Shown in pieces: positions 1 through 8,529 of a stretch of 64,000 nt of DNA (position 1 is its first letter; each line of letters begins with the position of its first letter). Source of the DNA: Candidatus Altimarinota bacterium. GTDB lineage: Bacteria; Patescibacteriota; Gracilibacteria; CAIRYL01. Location of the stretch: NCBI GenBank assembly GCA_965250085.1, contig OZ252287.1, forward strand, positions 192,001 to 256,000. Reading direction: 5' to 3'. Position numbers and translations under genes: made by a program. The notes beneath the pieces were generated by a model. The model did not search any database and was not told the DNA's origin. It was given only the letters and a program-made list of their open reading frames with translations.

Positions 1-54
1 TCAGAAAGTAAAAAGTATCGCGTTCATTCTGATTCCAATGAGTTTCAAATAACA

Positions 55-87
55 TAAAAAAACAGGCATCAGAATGATACCTGTTTT
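55..87 (-). terminator. Rho-independent terminator downstream of rpmH
   Basis: Minus strand reads AAACAGGTATC-ATTCT-GATGCCTGTTTTTTT: a stem-loop followed by a U-tract. Confidence 0.75.
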
Positions 88-113
88 CTGTTTTCTGCTC
101 TATGTTTCATGAC

Positions 114-242
114 CTATGCTGCCAATTTATGGCGTCCTTTGCTGCGTCGAGAGCGAATGACTGCCCGACCCCCAGGCCTTCTCATACGCTTGAGAAATCC
201 ATGTCTTTTGGACCGTTTTCGCTTGTTTCCTTTAGAAAGCAT
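114..242 (-). CDS. rpmH: 50S ribosomal protein L34
   Basis: Hand translation MLSKGNKRKRSKRHGFLKRMRRPGGRAVIRSRRSKGRHKLAA shows the L34 HGFxxRM...GR..L signature. Not in the ORF track because it is under 60 aa. Confidence 0.95.
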   Translation of the reverse strand: MLSKGNKRKRSKRHGFLKRMRRPGGRAVIRSRRSKGRHKLAA

Positions 243-307
243 TTTTTATAAACTCAAAATAAGCCGGCATATTGTGGTGGAAAGAGTTTGAGAAGTCAAG
301 ATTCTCT

Positions 308-742
308 CTACTGCCCGATAACGACAAACTCCCATTCACAAACTTTTCCATTGTCTCTTGTAATAATCATGTTCAATATATGTTCTCCTTCGGGCAATGA
401 TTGTATGACTGCTTCTTTGTCGGTGAGGGTTATACCTGCATTTTGGAGTGTTTCATCCGGAGTCCATTCTACCTTGGCTCCATCAGGGGCAGCTGAGAGT
501 ATACGCGCACTTCCTCCTACTGGATATTCTTTTATGGATCGGAACCTACTTTTGTTTTCCTCTACTGCTGTTGATCCTGTCCTGTCATCATCTCCATAGG
601 CAGTAGCGCCATGAAGTTGGTCGCCCAATGCACCCGTTAAGACCACTGCAGCGAGCAATGTGGTGCGAAAATGTTTTTTCAAATCTATTTGTCGCCCTCC
701 TTCATTTTCAGGAGAAGCAGGCGGAAGTATTTCTTGTGTCAT
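308..742 (-). CDS. Hypothetical exported/membrane-anchored protein
   Basis: 144 aa ORF with a hydrophobic stretch TTLLAAVVLTGA, a beta-rich C-terminus and its own promoter. Confidence 0.7.
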   Translation of the reverse strand: MTQEILPPASPENEGGRQIDLKKHFRTTLLAAVVLTGALGDQLHGATAYGDDDRTGSTAVEENKSRFRSIKEYPVGGSARILSAAPDGAKVEWTPDETLQNAGITLTDKEAVIQSLPEGEHILNMIITRDNGKVCEWEFVVIGQ

Positions 743-798
743 ATAAAAATATTAAACTTATTGGAGATTATGCTATCCATAAATTCTTGTCAAATTTT
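739..798 (-). promoter_or_regulatory. Sigma70-type promoter/leader, copy 1 of a 60 bp direct repeat
   Basis: TTGACA-17 nt-TAATCT then 22 nt to the ATG; 58/60 identical to 1332-1391. Confidence 0.75.
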
Positions 799-813
799 AA
801 TAGGATCAAAGAA

Positions 814-1335
814 TTACAAGATTTCTCCAATCATTTCTCTGAGTTCAAGTTCATCCATATAACCTTTTTGTTCTTTTTCTACTACTATCTTCCCATCTTT
901 AAAAATCCTGATGTCAGGAATGGTACCTACATTGTATTCTTCGACTATTTTGGGGTTTTCTATAAAATCAAGCTTTCCAATTTTAATTTCCCCTGTATAT
1001 TCCGCAGCAAGACGTTCTAGGAATGGTTCCATCCTTACACATGGCTTGCACCATGGTGAAGAAAAGCTTACTAAAACAGGAATTTCGGATGAAAGAACTT
1101 CATTTTGAAAATCGGTAAATTCCTGAATATGTATTTTAACATCAGAAAGCTCATGTGATTCTTGTATTTCAAGAGTAGGAAATTCATTCAAAGTTTGACC
1201 ATCAACCGTTTTTTCCTCTTCGATGCATCCTGTTATTGCGAGGGAAACAGCAAGTATGATTGCTGGAAATGGATTTTTCTTATTAATCTGAGAAGGACTC
1301 TTTTCTCTTTCAAGAGGCAGGTATACTTCTTTCAT
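814..1335 (-). CDS. Thioredoxin-family lipoprotein
   Basis: WCKPC active site, thioredoxin-like C-terminus, N-terminal hydrophobic segment ending in lipobox-like ITGC. Confidence 0.9.
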   Translation of the reverse strand: MKEVYLPLEREKSPSQINKKNPFPAIILAVSLAITGCIEEEKTVDGQTLNEFPTLEIQESHELSDVKIHIQEFTDFQNEVLSSEIPVLVSFSSPWCKPCVRMEPFLERLAAEYTGEIKIGKLDFIENPKIVEEYNVGTIPDIRIFKDGKIVVEKEQKGYMDELELREMIGEIL

Positions 1336-1391
1336 ATAAAAATATTAAACTTATTGGAGATTATGCCATCCATAAATCCTTGTCAAATTTT
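1332..1391 (-). promoter_or_regulatory. Sigma70-type promoter/leader, copy 2 of a 60 bp direct repeat
   Basis: TTGACA-17 nt-TAATCT; near-identical to 739-798. Confidence 0.75.
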
Positions 1392-1849
1392 TAGTTTTCT
1401 ATTCGATCCAAAAATAAAATTCCATCCAGATGATCGAGTTCATGTTGTACTACACGAGCGTCCATTTTGGAGAGATTGAGCTTTTGGACTCTTCCTTTTT
1501 CGTCCTCAAACTGCACTGTTATGTCCTTTGCTCTTTCTACATTCCCCCACTGTCCTGGAAGAGAAAGACACCCCTCTTCTCCTATTTCTGTTGCTTCAGA
1601 AAAATCAGTAATTTCCGGATTGATGAAAGTAAGGAAAGTATCAGAAATTTGAGCAATAAAGATACGAACATTTTGGCCCACCTGAGGCGCGGCTATTCCC
1701 ACTCCTTTTGCTATTCGTACGGTTTCTTGCATTCGATCAACAAGCTTTTTGATATCTTTGGTCACTTTGTTCACAGGTTTTGATGTTGCTCTCAAAACGG
1801 GATTGTCTTTGCCAGTAATGATTTCTAGTGTTTTTGACACGGACACCAA
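1391..1849 (-). CDS. def: Peptide deformylase
   Basis: GVGIAAPQVG, EGCLS and QHELDHLDG motifs. Confidence 0.97.
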   Translation of the reverse strand: MVSVSKTLEIITGKDNPVLRATSKPVNKVTKDIKKLVDRMQETVRIAKGVGIAAPQVGQNVRIFIAQISDTFLTFINPEITDFSEATEIGEEGCLSLPGQWGNVERAKDITVQFEDEKGRVQKLNLSKMDARVVQHELDHLDGILFLDRIEN

Positions 1850-1854
1850 TGTAA

Positions 1855-1980
1855 AATATAAAATTTAAAATGTAAAAAGAAATCTTAAATCTTAATCTTA
1901 AAAAGAGACAGTTTTATTGTTTAGGATTTAAAAATTAGAATTTGTTTTAAAATTTTGAATTATAAATTTTAAATTTCTTA
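1855..1980. repeat. AT-rich degenerate short (about 7-mer) repeat tract
   Basis: aaatctt-aaatctt-aatctt followed by complementary-type units (aggattt, aaaaatt, agaattt, tgaatt). Confidence 0.5.
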
Positions 1981-1989
1981 GGCTCCAGT

Positions 1990-2976
1990 CTAAAACAACG
2001 TTCCCTGCAATGCTTCTTCTATATGAAGTCCTGGTGATCTTTTGTCAAAGTTGACTTGATACCCCTGCAGATCTTTGGTATTTAAGAGAATCTTTTCGGT
2101 ATCTGTTTCCAGCAAGAGGGATGCACCTTTGACACTGAGGACTGTGCCACTTACTGATTCCCCTTCCAAGAGCTTCAGCTCATGGAGGGGCTTTGGGGAA
2201 TTGAGACCATTTTGAAGATGGTAGATCTGATCAAATTTTTCGAGGATGGGAGGATCGAGTATGAATTCTTTTGCTTCTGGAAGGTCGAAAACAAGAGAAG
2301 GGAGATATTTTTGGAATGCATTCTCTAAAATTTTCTGAGCCTGAACTTCTGTGATTGCTGGAGATAGAAAAAACTTTTTTTGAGAAATATGTATCTTATC
2401 AGGAATGCCGCATTTAGTGAGAAATTTTTCTATCTGCCGTGCCAATATTCCGCCAATGCCTTTTGCAATAACGAGGGCATAGTGACTCCCCTGCTCTATC
2501 TGTCTCAAGTATCCTCTGCTGGTCGATGAAACTCCGACTTTATAGACACTTGTGCCAAAAAAAGCCAGATACACATAGTGCGGCACATTTATCCGCTCAA
2601 GATCTTCTGGAGAAAATAATTCCAGATTATATCCATCACAAAATTGTTCTACCATGAGTCCTTCTTTTTGTTTGCAGTCTGCGCATCTCTTCGTTCCTTT
2701 TGTGCCATGAGGACATGCATGCCTCTCGCCGTTTTTATAATATCCAATGCAGTCCGGACCACTGATGATCTCTAGGGAAAGGTTTTTCCCAAAAAGAACG
2801 GGAAGAGACTCTATAGAATCGCTTTCCCGAATGTGAAATTCGGGACAGTGTTCGTCTTTCCATCGAAATTCTAAAACATGAGGCACTTGGAGTTCTTCTA
2901 AAAGAGGATCCCATTGTAATGACAAGCTTGTTGGTGAGCAAGGTGGCAAAAGAAACTCACCTCGTTTGAGCCTCAT
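1990..2976 (-). CDS. DUF2797-family protein (Cys-rich N-region, GIY-YIG-like YVYLA...KVG motif)
   Basis: CIG...ACP...CADC cysteines and PHYVYLAFFG..YKVGVS...RQIEQG, recognised as the DUF2797 pattern. Confidence 0.75.
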   Translation of the reverse strand: MRLKRGEFLLPPCSPTSLSLQWDPLLEELQVPHVLEFRWKDEHCPEFHIRESDSIESLPVLFGKNLSLEIISGPDCIGYYKNGERHACPHGTKGTKRCADCKQKEGLMVEQFCDGYNLELFSPEDLERINVPHYVYLAFFGTSVYKVGVSSTSRGYLRQIEQGSHYALVIAKGIGGILARQIEKFLTKCGIPDKIHISQKKFFLSPAITEVQAQKILENAFQKYLPSLVFDLPEAKEFILDPPILEKFDQIYHLQNGLNSPKPLHELKLLEGESVSGTVLSVKGASLLLETDTEKILLNTKDLQGYQVNFDKRSPGLHIEEALQGTLF

Positions 2977-4361
2977 GCTCTCTGTTCCATACGACGAATA
3001 AATACTTCAGGATCTTCGATATTATTAAAAATGACATATCGCAAAACAAACTCGTCCGTATGACGGTATTTACTACGAAGTTCTCTTAAGAGAAATAGCT
3101 CTTTACCCTTAAGTATTTCAGGAACTAATGCTTTTTCTATAAACCTTTCTGGATCTCTAAGACTTTTGATAGCAGCGTGCCTTAGAATCCCTACTCCAAT
3201 TCTAGGATAACGTCTTTTCAATTCTTTTAGTGTTTCCAATACTCTCTCGATAAAGCCTTCTGGATCTAAGGGATTGTTGACGGCTGCATACTTCAGAATC
3301 CATACATCGACTTTCGGATACTGTTCCTCCAATTCTTTTAATGTTTCCAATACTCTCTTGATAAAGCCTTCCGGGTCTGCGGAATTGTTGAGAGCTGCAC
3401 GCTTCAAAATCGATACATCGACCTTAGGATACTTTACTTTTAGTTTTTCTATTTTTTCCATCACTCTCTCAATAAATTCTTCTGGGTTCTTAGGATGGTT
3501 GGCAGCTGCATGCTTCAAAATTTTTACATCGACCTTAGGATACTTTACTTTTAGTTTTTCTATTTTTTCCACCACTCTCTCGATAAAGCTTTCTGGGTCT
3601 GTGAGGTAATGAGTAGCTGCACGTTTCAAAATTCCTGCATCGACCTTAGGATACTTTACTTTTAGTTTTTCTATTTTTTCCACCACTCTCTCGATAAAGC
3701 TTTCTGGGTTTTTAGGAAAGCCGACAGCTGCATACTTTAGAATCGATGCATCGACCTGAGGATACTTTGCTTTTAGTTCTCCCATTTTTTCCACCAGTCT
3801 CTCGATAAACTTTTTTGGGTTTTTAGGATTGTTTGCAGCTGCATGCTTCAAAATCCCTACGTTAATTTCAGAGTATCTTTCTATAAACTCTTGCATACTT
3901 CCAGCGGTGAATGATTTTATGTATTTTTTGCTTGGAGAAAACCCCTGTGTTGCCAGTGCTCCTGTCTGCAAAACCGCCTGCTTGGTTACTTCTGTAATGA
4001 AAGTTTCCCAATTCTTTCGTGTTTCATACGCTTCTCCCTTATCTATGTATCCTTTGTTGCTTGCTCGTAAAAAAGCTTTGATCAGAGATCGCAGAGCACT
4101 TTGAATATGTTCAATATTTTCTTCTCCACCAATTAAATGTCTCAGAATATCACGACTATTCAGAAGTTGGTGAACCACTTCTTCTGCTGTATCAATATAT
4201 TGTTGGTCGAGCGAAGAAAAAGGTCCTCCTACAGAAACATCCGGATAACGAAAATACTCCTGAAATTTTTGGAGCAGTGCAAATGATCTCTCTAAACGCT
4301 CATTAATGGCACCTTGTGCCTCTTCAATATGGTGCGCCGATGTCGGCACAGAAGAAAGCAT
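2973..4361 (-). CDS. Tandem-repeat protein with eight 37-aa helical repeats and a unique ~160 aa N-terminus
   Basis: Consensus YPKVDxxILKxAAxxxxxDPExFIERVxEKIEKLKxK; stop overlaps the DUF2797 start (ATGA). Confidence 0.85.
   Translation of the reverse strand: MLSSVPTSAHHIEEAQGAINERLERSFALLQKFQEYFRYPDVSVGGPFSSLDQQYIDTAEEVVHQLLNSRDILRHLIGGEENIEHIQSALRSLIKAFLRASNKGYIDKGEAYETRKNWETFITEVTKQAVLQTGALATQGFSPSKKYIKSFTAGSMQEFIERYSEINVGILKHAAANNPKNPKKFIERLVEKMGELKAKYPQVDASILKYAAVGFPKNPESFIERVVEKIEKLKVKYPKVDAGILKRAATHYLTDPESFIERVVEKIEKLKVKYPKVDVKILKHAAANHPKNPEEFIERVMEKIEKLKVKYPKVDVSILKRAALNNSADPEGFIKRVLETLKELEEQYPKVDVWILKYAAVNNPLDPEGFIERVLETLKELKRRYPRIGVGILRHAAIKSLRDPERFIEKALVPEILKGKELFLLRELRSKYRHTDEFVLRYVIFNNIEDPEVFIRRMEQRA
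2976..3875 (-). repeat. 111 bp coding tandem repeat array
   Basis: Repeat starts at 3875, 3764, 3653, 3542, 3431, 3320 and 3209, plus a degenerate eighth unit. Confidence 0.9.
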
Positions 4362-4384
4362 TTTTTTAGAACATATAAAAGAAC

Positions 4385-4416
4385 ATTATTTAATAGAAAA
4401 TAATGGAAGATGTCAA
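4385..4416 (-). promoter_or_regulatory. Putative sigma70 promoter of the repeat protein
   Basis: TTGACA followed 15-17 nt later by TATTAAAT, upstream of the 4361 start. Confidence 0.5.
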
Positions 4417-4433
4417 TATCTTAATATCTCTTC

Positions 4434-5570
4434 TTATTCTTCCCCATCCGGAATATTGACTCCATGGCGATTGATCAGTTTCCGGAGAGCTTCTTTTTGT
4501 TTTTTGAGGAATTTGGTTTGTACGTCTACGATAATCGCGGTTTCTTGTACTTCATTTTTCCAGTATTCGGCAGTAGAAGTGCCCAAGACAGCAAACACTG
4601 AAGCATCAATATATTTTTCTCCTTTCAGAATCTCTTCAGTAATTTTTGATTGTTCTTCTTCCAGGCTCAAAAAGGCATCGTTGAGTTGGTCTTTTTTGAG
4701 AGCTGCATTTTCTCTCTTGGCTCTTGTCCCCTCTTTATCGTCTGTGAAGTAATCCTGCAAACCTCTTCTCGCACCTGCGTTCTCCTCTTGGCTTCCAAAA
4801 TATCGCTCATAGTCCAAAAGCTTTGTGAGAGAATTATTTTTTATCCAGCTCGACGCTTGTTTTTTTGCCTGTTTTTGTATTCCCTTTCGAGTTTCCCCGG
4901 AAAAAGCATTCTTCCAGCCTTGCGTCTTCAAAATATCCTTCCATTTGGGTCCGGTTGTCAGTTGTTTAATTTTGTCTTTAAGCTCAGAGAACTTTTGAGC
5001 AATCAGTGATGTTTTTCCTTCTCCTCCTCCCTCGCAATTTGCTTTTATATATTTCTCATCAAAGTACACACTCTCTTCGTGTCTACTGCAGGATCGTAGT
5101 GTGGCGATTTCTTTTTGCAAATCATCAATTTCATCCAGATATGTAGGAGTTTTGAGGGCAATCAGGCGTATAGCACTGAGCATATCTTCCAAATCATTTA
5201 CATCTTTGCGAATACAGGCAGATTTTCCGAGGAGCAAAAATGTTTCCTGAAAGTACAGTCGTGTCGAAAATGACCGCAGCCGAAACTCACTGCGCATGGA
5301 GATGTTGTCAGTACTTTGGTTCAGTACCAGGCTCTGCTCATGTTCGACAGTGATTTTTTTAAGAAGCTCTTTTGCTTTATATTCAATGGTCTGAAAAGCC
5401 GCTTTCTCAGAGCCAGCAAATTTTTCATCATATGTCTGCTGATAGGTTTCAGTAAATGCTTCGCACTTTTGCGGTATTTTGGCAGATGCTTCTCCCAGAA
5501 AAGAAAAACTTGCAAAAAAGAGAAAAGTGCCAAGGATGAAATATTTTTTAAGCATCATTTTTTGGAACAA
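4434..5570 (-). CDS. Hypothetical secreted helical protein, last gene of the surface locus
   Basis: Signal peptide (KKYFILGTFLFFASFSFLGEASA), four Cys, coiled-coil character; overlaps the upstream gene. Confidence 0.8.
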   Translation of the reverse strand: MFQKMMLKKYFILGTFLFFASFSFLGEASAKIPQKCEAFTETYQQTYDEKFAGSEKAAFQTIEYKAKELLKKITVEHEQSLVLNQSTDNISMRSEFRLRSFSTRLYFQETFLLLGKSACIRKDVNDLEDMLSAIRLIALKTPTYLDEIDDLQKEIATLRSCSRHEESVYFDEKYIKANCEGGGEGKTSLIAQKFSELKDKIKQLTTGPKWKDILKTQGWKNAFSGETRKGIQKQAKKQASSWIKNNSLTKLLDYERYFGSQEENAGARRGLQDYFTDDKEGTRAKRENAALKKDQLNDAFLSLEEEQSKITEEILKGEKYIDASVFAVLGTSTAEYWKNEVQETAIIVDVQTKFLKKQKEALRKLINRHGVNIPDGEE

Positions 5571-7108
5571 TGGGGAATATCATTTAGAATGGAAGTCATG
5601 TCAGGAATCTGGTTGGTGAAATCAAAAAAGTCATTTTTGAGCCTTTGCAGCTGAAACTCTATCTCCCGTGCAAATTCGAGATGTTCTTCCAGATACAAGT
5701 ACCGCTCAATATCACTGGGATCTCCAGCAGTGGAAGAGAGTATCTTGTGTATGCTTTCTTCAGAGATTTCCTGGTCATATATGGTACAAAAATCAAAAAT
5801 TTCTTCTTGCGTTTGTATACTTTCTGGCGAAAGTTTGGGGAGGATATTGCAGTCGGTTTCAAAGAGTATCTGTGCTAATTTGTAATTTGCAGATTCTCCT
5901 GTATCCGGGCTCTGAGTGGTGCTTTCGGTGATATCTTTTTCTTTGTCTTCCAGTGGTGTTTTACTGCGGTAGTTCAAGAATGGAACTTTCTTGGGAATGG
6001 CATTAAAGTCCATGCCTATTTTTCCAAACAATGAGTTATTATCCTTAATGACATAGTTTTCGTTACTGGCTTTTTTTGGCGTCTCTACGGTGTGGTCGAG
6101 GAGAGAAAGCACTTCATATCCTCTCTGTATCATGCACTCTATACAGGCTGGAGTTTCTATCGGTGCAAGTGAAAATCCCTGTCCAGGTCGTATTTCGGTA
6201 TAGACACAAAACAAATCTTTACAAAACTCCGGAACACAATACATGCCATTAAACAGGGGGACAGCTCGTTCGTTTTCTCCGCAAGTGTCTTGAGGATCTT
6301 TTGCCTCATGCTGTGGATATGTACCTCTCAAAAAATCTGATCTTTCTCCGGCAAGGTCTGGAAGTTCTCCAGGAACATCAGAAATATTTCCCTGATCTGG
6401 AAGGAAAATATTATCTTCATCTGAGGAATGAGAGCCATCAAATGAAGTCAGAAAGAGGGCATCAGGATCTTCACAAATATTTCCAGAAAAATCTCCATCC
6501 CCATCACCGTCTCCATCTCCTCCTGATTCGGAAGGATCTTCTATGGTGCTTCCTTCAAAAGAATCTCCTCTTCTCAAGCCTGCAACAATGTCAGCATATC
6601 GACGTGATCTGCCATCATAATAGACTCCGGGGATGTATGCAGGCGGTACGGTCGCATTGGGTCCAAAGAGCAGGACATCCAGGACATTCAAATCCACGAT
6701 GATATCAAAAGTACTATCGGAAAGCGTGCCATTACTCCATCTGTTTCGAGCGGCATTTTCTTCGGTGAGAATATATTCATACGATGCCAGGAGTTCTGCA
6801 GAGGCAAAGAGTTTCTGAAATCTTTGCCAGCATATAAAAGAGCTTCCCCTGTTTTTTTCTTCCAAATCACTGCAAAAACTGAGTTTCCCCAGATCTTTGA
6901 GTTTGGGTGCAGAGGTTCGCAGTGCCTGTATATCACTGATTTCTACACCGGTCTGCAGAGCCAGTCGTTCGGATGCCATTTGATCTGGTTTTATCTGAAT
7001 ATCTTCATAGATCCGTTGGTACAGATTTTCTTCTTCAAATGCTGTAGCAGTGCCTATTGCACTGAATGCAAAGAATGAAATGCCGAAAAGGAAGAGGAGT
7101 TTTTTCAT
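5555..7108 (-). CDS. Hypothetical secreted Cys-rich protein
   Basis: Signal peptide MKKLLFLFG...ATA, multiple Cys, acidic GDGDGDGD linker. Confidence 0.85.
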   Translation of the reverse strand: MKKLLFLFGISFFAFSAIGTATAFEEENLYQRIYEDIQIKPDQMASERLALQTGVEISDIQALRTSAPKLKDLGKLSFCSDLEEKNRGSSFICWQRFQKLFASAELLASYEYILTEENAARNRWSNGTLSDSTFDIIVDLNVLDVLLFGPNATVPPAYIPGVYYDGRSRRYADIVAGLRRGDSFEGSTIEDPSESGGDGDGDGDGDFSGNICEDPDALFLTSFDGSHSSDEDNIFLPDQGNISDVPGELPDLAGERSDFLRGTYPQHEAKDPQDTCGENERAVPLFNGMYCVPEFCKDLFCVYTEIRPGQGFSLAPIETPACIECMIQRGYEVLSLLDHTVETPKKASNENYVIKDNNSLFGKIGMDFNAIPKKVPFLNYRSKTPLEDKEKDITESTTQSPDTGESANYKLAQILFETDCNILPKLSPESIQTQEEIFDFCTIYDQEISEESIHKILSSTAGDPSDIERYLYLEEHLEFAREIEFQLQRLKNDFFDFTNQIPDMTSILNDIPHCSKK

Positions 7109-7113
7109 AGATA

Positions 7114-7797
7114 TTACTGGCTGGCGGCGTTAATAAACTTGGCGGGCATGCGGGCAATTTGCGTGATAAACTTTTCCCACATGTCCCGCAGATCTTTGGT
7201 TTCAGAAATAAGGTTTTCAAACTCTGCATGCAGTGGATACAGGAGCCGCATTTCTGCATAACTCGAGAGCGTGATGCGCAGGGCTTTTTCAGCAGTGATT
7301 TGCTCAAATGTAATCTGCTCCTTGAGGCCATACGCGCATTTGAGCGCTTCTTCCACGAGATCAGAAGAATTGGCGCAGAGCTGGTTACTCTTTTTGAGCG
7401 TTTCAAGTGCTGATGTATATGCTTTCAGTTCCAGTTGCCGGCTGACGTAAACACCAGCAAATTCTGTTTGTTCTGCAGTACGGTCTCTGTTCTGATCTGT
7501 CTGAAACGATGTTTTAGCGAGCTTTGTAAAAAGCGCATTAAATGCACTATTTGCTTCAGAATGATACGCGGTGCGTATGTTTTCAAATCTGGATTCAACA
7601 CTTCCCTTCTTCTGAACGGTGTCACAATACTCATTATTTTCATCTTGTTTTTCATAATCTTCACAGGTATGAAACTCGGCAAGTGTGTTGAGTTGTTGTA
7701 GTGCATCTTCCGAGACGACTTCCTGAGCAGAGAAGGAAGGTCTGATGAGCAGAAGTCCAAAGACCAAGGCCAGAGATGTGAAGAGAAGTTTTTTCAT
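7114..7797 (-). CDS. Hypothetical secreted helical protein
   Basis: Signal peptide, two Cys pairs, long amphipathic helices. Confidence 0.85.
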   Translation of the reverse strand: MKKLLFTSLALVFGLLLIRPSFSAQEVVSEDALQQLNTLAEFHTCEDYEKQDENNEYCDTVQKKGSVESRFENIRTAYHSEANSAFNALFTKLAKTSFQTDQNRDRTAEQTEFAGVYVSRQLELKAYTSALETLKKSNQLCANSSDLVEEALKCAYGLKEQITFEQITAEKALRITLSSYAEMRLLYPLHAEFENLISETKDLRDMWEKFITQIARMPAKFINAASQ

Positions 7798-7799
7798 AG

Positions 7800-8525
7800 T
7801 TATCGAGTGGTCGTTTTAGGGATAGTGCAGGAAACTTTTTGCAGGACGGACTTGAAGGTGGCAGAAAATTTTCTGGTGAGTTCTGTCAGCGGAAACTCTT
7901 CTTGAAACCCATTCATACGGGTATGAATTTCCTGAAGCTTCTGGCTGATATATCCAATCTGCTTATCCCGCACAGATTCCTTCATTTTTGATGCGAGCTT
8001 TGCCGACTGGATGCGCATCTTTACTTTTGCAAATTGGCGGCACTGAGCAATAATATTGAGCTTTGCTTCTCGTGGCTCGAGCAATGTGCACCCGACAAGA
8101 CTCTGATCATCCATTTCGAATATTTCCATGGCGTTTTCGACGTTCAATTCTTTTTCCCCTCCGTCAGCTCCGGAAATGGTATCCCCACAAATCTCCATTG
8201 TTGTTTTCTTCCACTTCTCATATGTGCCAGTGGTGACTTGAGACTCTACAAAACCGCACACAATGCTCAGTTGACACTCATAAGTCCCAATGGCGCTGGA
8301 AAAAAGTAATGCCGGATCCACGATTGCCGGATCGGTCAAAATGGGATCTGTTCGAGAAGTGAAGATCTCATCCACCTGGTCAAAGACAGTGGTATATCCT
8401 CTCAGACATTGATCAGGATTCACTGCTACAGATTCTTCTTCTGTTTGTGCATTTGTCAGCATCAAGGATGGTGCAAAGATGCTTCCGAGTACAGTGGCCA
8501 AAAGGAAAAGAAAAAATCGTTTCAT
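7800..8525 (-). CDS. Hypothetical secreted Cys-containing protein
   Basis: Signal peptide MKRFFLFLL..., several Cys, helical C-terminus. Confidence 0.85.
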   Translation of the reverse strand: MKRFFLFLLATVLGSIFAPSLMLTNAQTEEESVAVNPDQCLRGYTTVFDQVDEIFTSRTDPILTDPAIVDPALLFSSAIGTYECQLSIVCGFVESQVTTGTYEKWKKTTMEICGDTISGADGGEKELNVENAMEIFEMDDQSLVGCTLLEPREAKLNIIAQCRQFAKVKMRIQSAKLASKMKESVRDKQIGYISQKLQEIHTRMNGFQEEFPLTELTRKFSATFKSVLQKVSCTIPKTTTR

Positions 8526-8529
8526 CGTT

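Noticed and set aside
1-110. rnpA expected downstream of rpmH
   Set aside because: The ATG at 110 on the minus strand hits TGA after 13 codons inside a terminator hairpin, and no RnpA motif is visible before the window edge.
2976-3875. 111 bp repeats as a DGR target or CRISPR
   Set aside because: Variable codons change at all four bases, the units stay in frame, and there is no reverse transcriptase or non-coding template copy in the window.
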